From: Actinomycetales bacterium
GTDB lineage: Bacteria > Actinomycetota > Actinomycetes > Actinomycetales > CAVURS01
NCBI GenBank assembly: GCA_045807245.1
Contig: JBJMHS010000078.1
Location: 62,001 to 126,000 of the forward strand
Length of the DNA: 64,000 bases
Reading direction: 5' to 3'
In this document: positions 62,443 to 64,000 of the stretch, piece after piece
Layout: each line of letters begins with the position of its first letter
Position numbering within the stretch: the first letter of the stretch is position 1
Notes under the pieces: generated by a model
What the model was told of the DNA's origin: nothing
What the model saw: only the letters and a program-made list of their open reading frames with translations
Database searches by the model: none
Translations under genes and position numbers: made by a program

Positions 62443-62488
62443 GCTTCATGCCGTACTGACCCGGTGCCGGGTCAGTACGGCATGAAGC
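62443..62488 (-). terminator. Perfect 22-bp inverted repeat spanning the stop of the secreted-protein gene
   Basis: GCTTCATGCCGTACTGACCCGG-TG-CCGGGTCAGTACGGCATGAAGC. Confidence 0.75.
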
Positions 62489-63782
62489 AGATCCCGCCGA
62501 AGCCGGACTTGCCGCCGCAGGTGTTGGCGTTCTTGTCGTTGTCGCTGCCGATCCAGACGCCGGCGTCGGTGATCACGATGTCGTCCGCACCCTTGCCGCG
62601 TGCGCGGCCCGGGTTCCAGATGACGCCACCGTCCGACGTCGACAGGCCCGCCATGCCCGGCGCGACGACCGCCCCGGGACCCTTGCTGTCACAGGCACCT
62701 GGGTTGCTGGCCCACCGCTCGTGCCCGCCGACATACACGGTGCTGGCGTCGGCCGCCACGGCGTACAACGAGTCGCAGCCGGTGTAGTTGATCCAGCTGT
62801 GACTGACGTTGCCCCCCGTCGCCGGGAAGGCAGCGGCGGCGTCGCACAGACCGTCGCGCGGAGCCGTCGTCGAGAGCGTGATCGGCTTGTAGCCGGTCGT
62901 CGCGACGAAGACCTGCTGGTCGTTGACCGACCAGGCGGCGTCCTGCACGTAGAACGGCACGATGTAGTCGCACTGGACGTAGAACTCGGTCGAGTTCCAC
63001 GGGTTGAGCGTCGCGGACGTGGCTCCCAGGTCCAGCATGAAGATCTGCTGGCGCGACTGGCCGGCCACGTTCGTGAAGTCACCCTCGACGAGCAGCTTGT
63101 TGCCGGAGTGGCTCAGCTGCTGGTTGTAGACGCGGGTCGGGTTGCTTTTGACACCCGTATAGACGTAGTTGCCCGAGATCCCGAGGTTGAGATACCCGTC
63201 GTCGTTGCCGGTCGTCGGGTTCAGGCTCGCGTAGTACGGGTGGGTGTTGTTGTTGACCTTCTTGAAGAGTCCGCCCACGAACACGTGGCCGTCGACGCCC
63301 AGCACCGTCTGCACCTCGCCGGTGGCGGCATGCTTGAACGTCGCGTCGACCGCACCGGTGGTGGTGCTGATCTTGGCCAGGTTCTGGGCGGCGGTCCCGT
63401 TGACCGTCGTGAACTTCCCCCCGATGTACGCCGAGGAGCAGTCGCCGTTGAGGAAGCCGATCGAGTTCACGGTGCCGTCGATGCTCGGCGCCCACGAGGT
63501 CAGCGTGAACGGCGCCGTGGCACTGAAGCTGAATGCTCCTGTCCGGGAGTAGGTCGCGCCGCCCTGGGTGATGGTGGTGATCGTGCCCACGGCGAACATC
63601 GTGGAACCGCACGGCACGAGCTGTCGGATGTACTGGTTGGTGTCAGTGCTGCTCAGCGCGGGCGTACCGGCCGCGGGAACACTCCCCGCGGGACCGGCCG
63701 GAGCCGCCGTACTGGTGGCCGCCACCCCCAAGGTGGCGAGCGCCAGTGCGAGCGCAGGCAGCAGTCGTCGACGAAACTTCAT
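62472..63782 (-). CDS. Secreted beta-propeller-like protein (actinobacterial GG.F repeat family)
   Basis: Signal peptide MKFRRRLLPALALALA; blade repeats YIGGKFTTVNG, FVGGLFKKV, VEGDFTNVAG and YVGGH; several Cys. Confidence 0.8.
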   Translation of the reverse strand: MKFRRRLLPALALALATLGVAATSTAAPAGPAGSVPAAGTPALSSTDTNQYIRQLVPCGSTMFAVGTITTITQGGATYSRTGAFSFSATAPFTLTSWAPSIDGTVNSIGFLNGDCSSAYIGGKFTTVNGTAAQNLAKISTTTGAVDATFKHAATGEVQTVLGVDGHVFVGGLFKKVNNNTHPYYASLNPTTGNDDGYLNLGISGNYVYTGVKSNPTRVYNQQLSHSGNKLLVEGDFTNVAGQSRQQIFMLDLGATSATLNPWNSTEFYVQCDYIVPFYVQDAAWSVNDQQVFVATTGYKPITLSTTAPRDGLCDAAAAFPATGGNVSHSWINYTGCDSLYAVAADASTVYVGGHERWASNPGACDSKGPGAVVAPGMAGLSTSDGGVIWNPGRARGKGADDIVITDAGVWIGSDNDKNANTCGGKSGFGGICFMPY

Positions 63783-64000
63783 TCTTTGTGATCCCCCTGA
63801 TCCCCTGATCATGTAACCGGCGCACGACCCTGTCCGTGCGCCGGGGGCCATCGTAGGGGCCGAAACGCGATCACGACGTCCGATCGGTGAATGCTGCGCA
63901 GGGTGACGGTGGTGTCACCGCCTGCCCGGTCGTTGGGTCATCCGGTGCGCCGGCGCAGCGTCGCCGAGCCGAGTGCGACGGCACCCACGACGTAGAGCGC

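Noticed and set aside
63812..63840. TGTAAC...CGTG as another BldN-type promoter
   Set aside because: Spacing and -10 are a poor match, and it points away from the adjacent gene toward the window edge

Overview
High-GC Actinomycetota chromosomal segment, essentially a respiratory supercluster. It uses the classical men pathway rather than the futalosine route, so the host is probably not Streptomyces. In order it holds: a polyprenyl-PP synthase, the complete nuoA-N operon, menJ, an inserted 7-gene amino-sugar/cell-envelope glycosylation cassette (18.6-26.5 kb), and menG/F/D/C/B/E/A with interspersed accessory genes (BNR-repeat protein, PAS-AGDEF cyclase, Nudix, LtrA, two PLDc_N paralogs, DUF4229). 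Then come the system II cytochrome c maturation genes, hemL, marR/yceI, rex-hemACDB, glutaredoxin, HAD, a sigma-BldN/RsbN-like pair, acyltransferase/epimerase, the 32-aa ribosomal protein bS22 (missing from the ORF track), a BdtA/Rv0500A-like HTH, acuC, GNAT, proC, proline dehydrogenase and a secreted beta-propeller protein. I saw no tRNA, rRNA, CRISPR or transposase. The most notable signals are the glycosylation cassette, pervasive leaderless starts including two 19-nt bidirectional promoters, tiny bridge ORFs coupling adjacent genes, long hairpins made by inverted copies of gene ends, two Rex operators, a BldN-type promoter, and a structured 100-nt intergenic element. All calls come from reading the sequence by eye; no searches were run.
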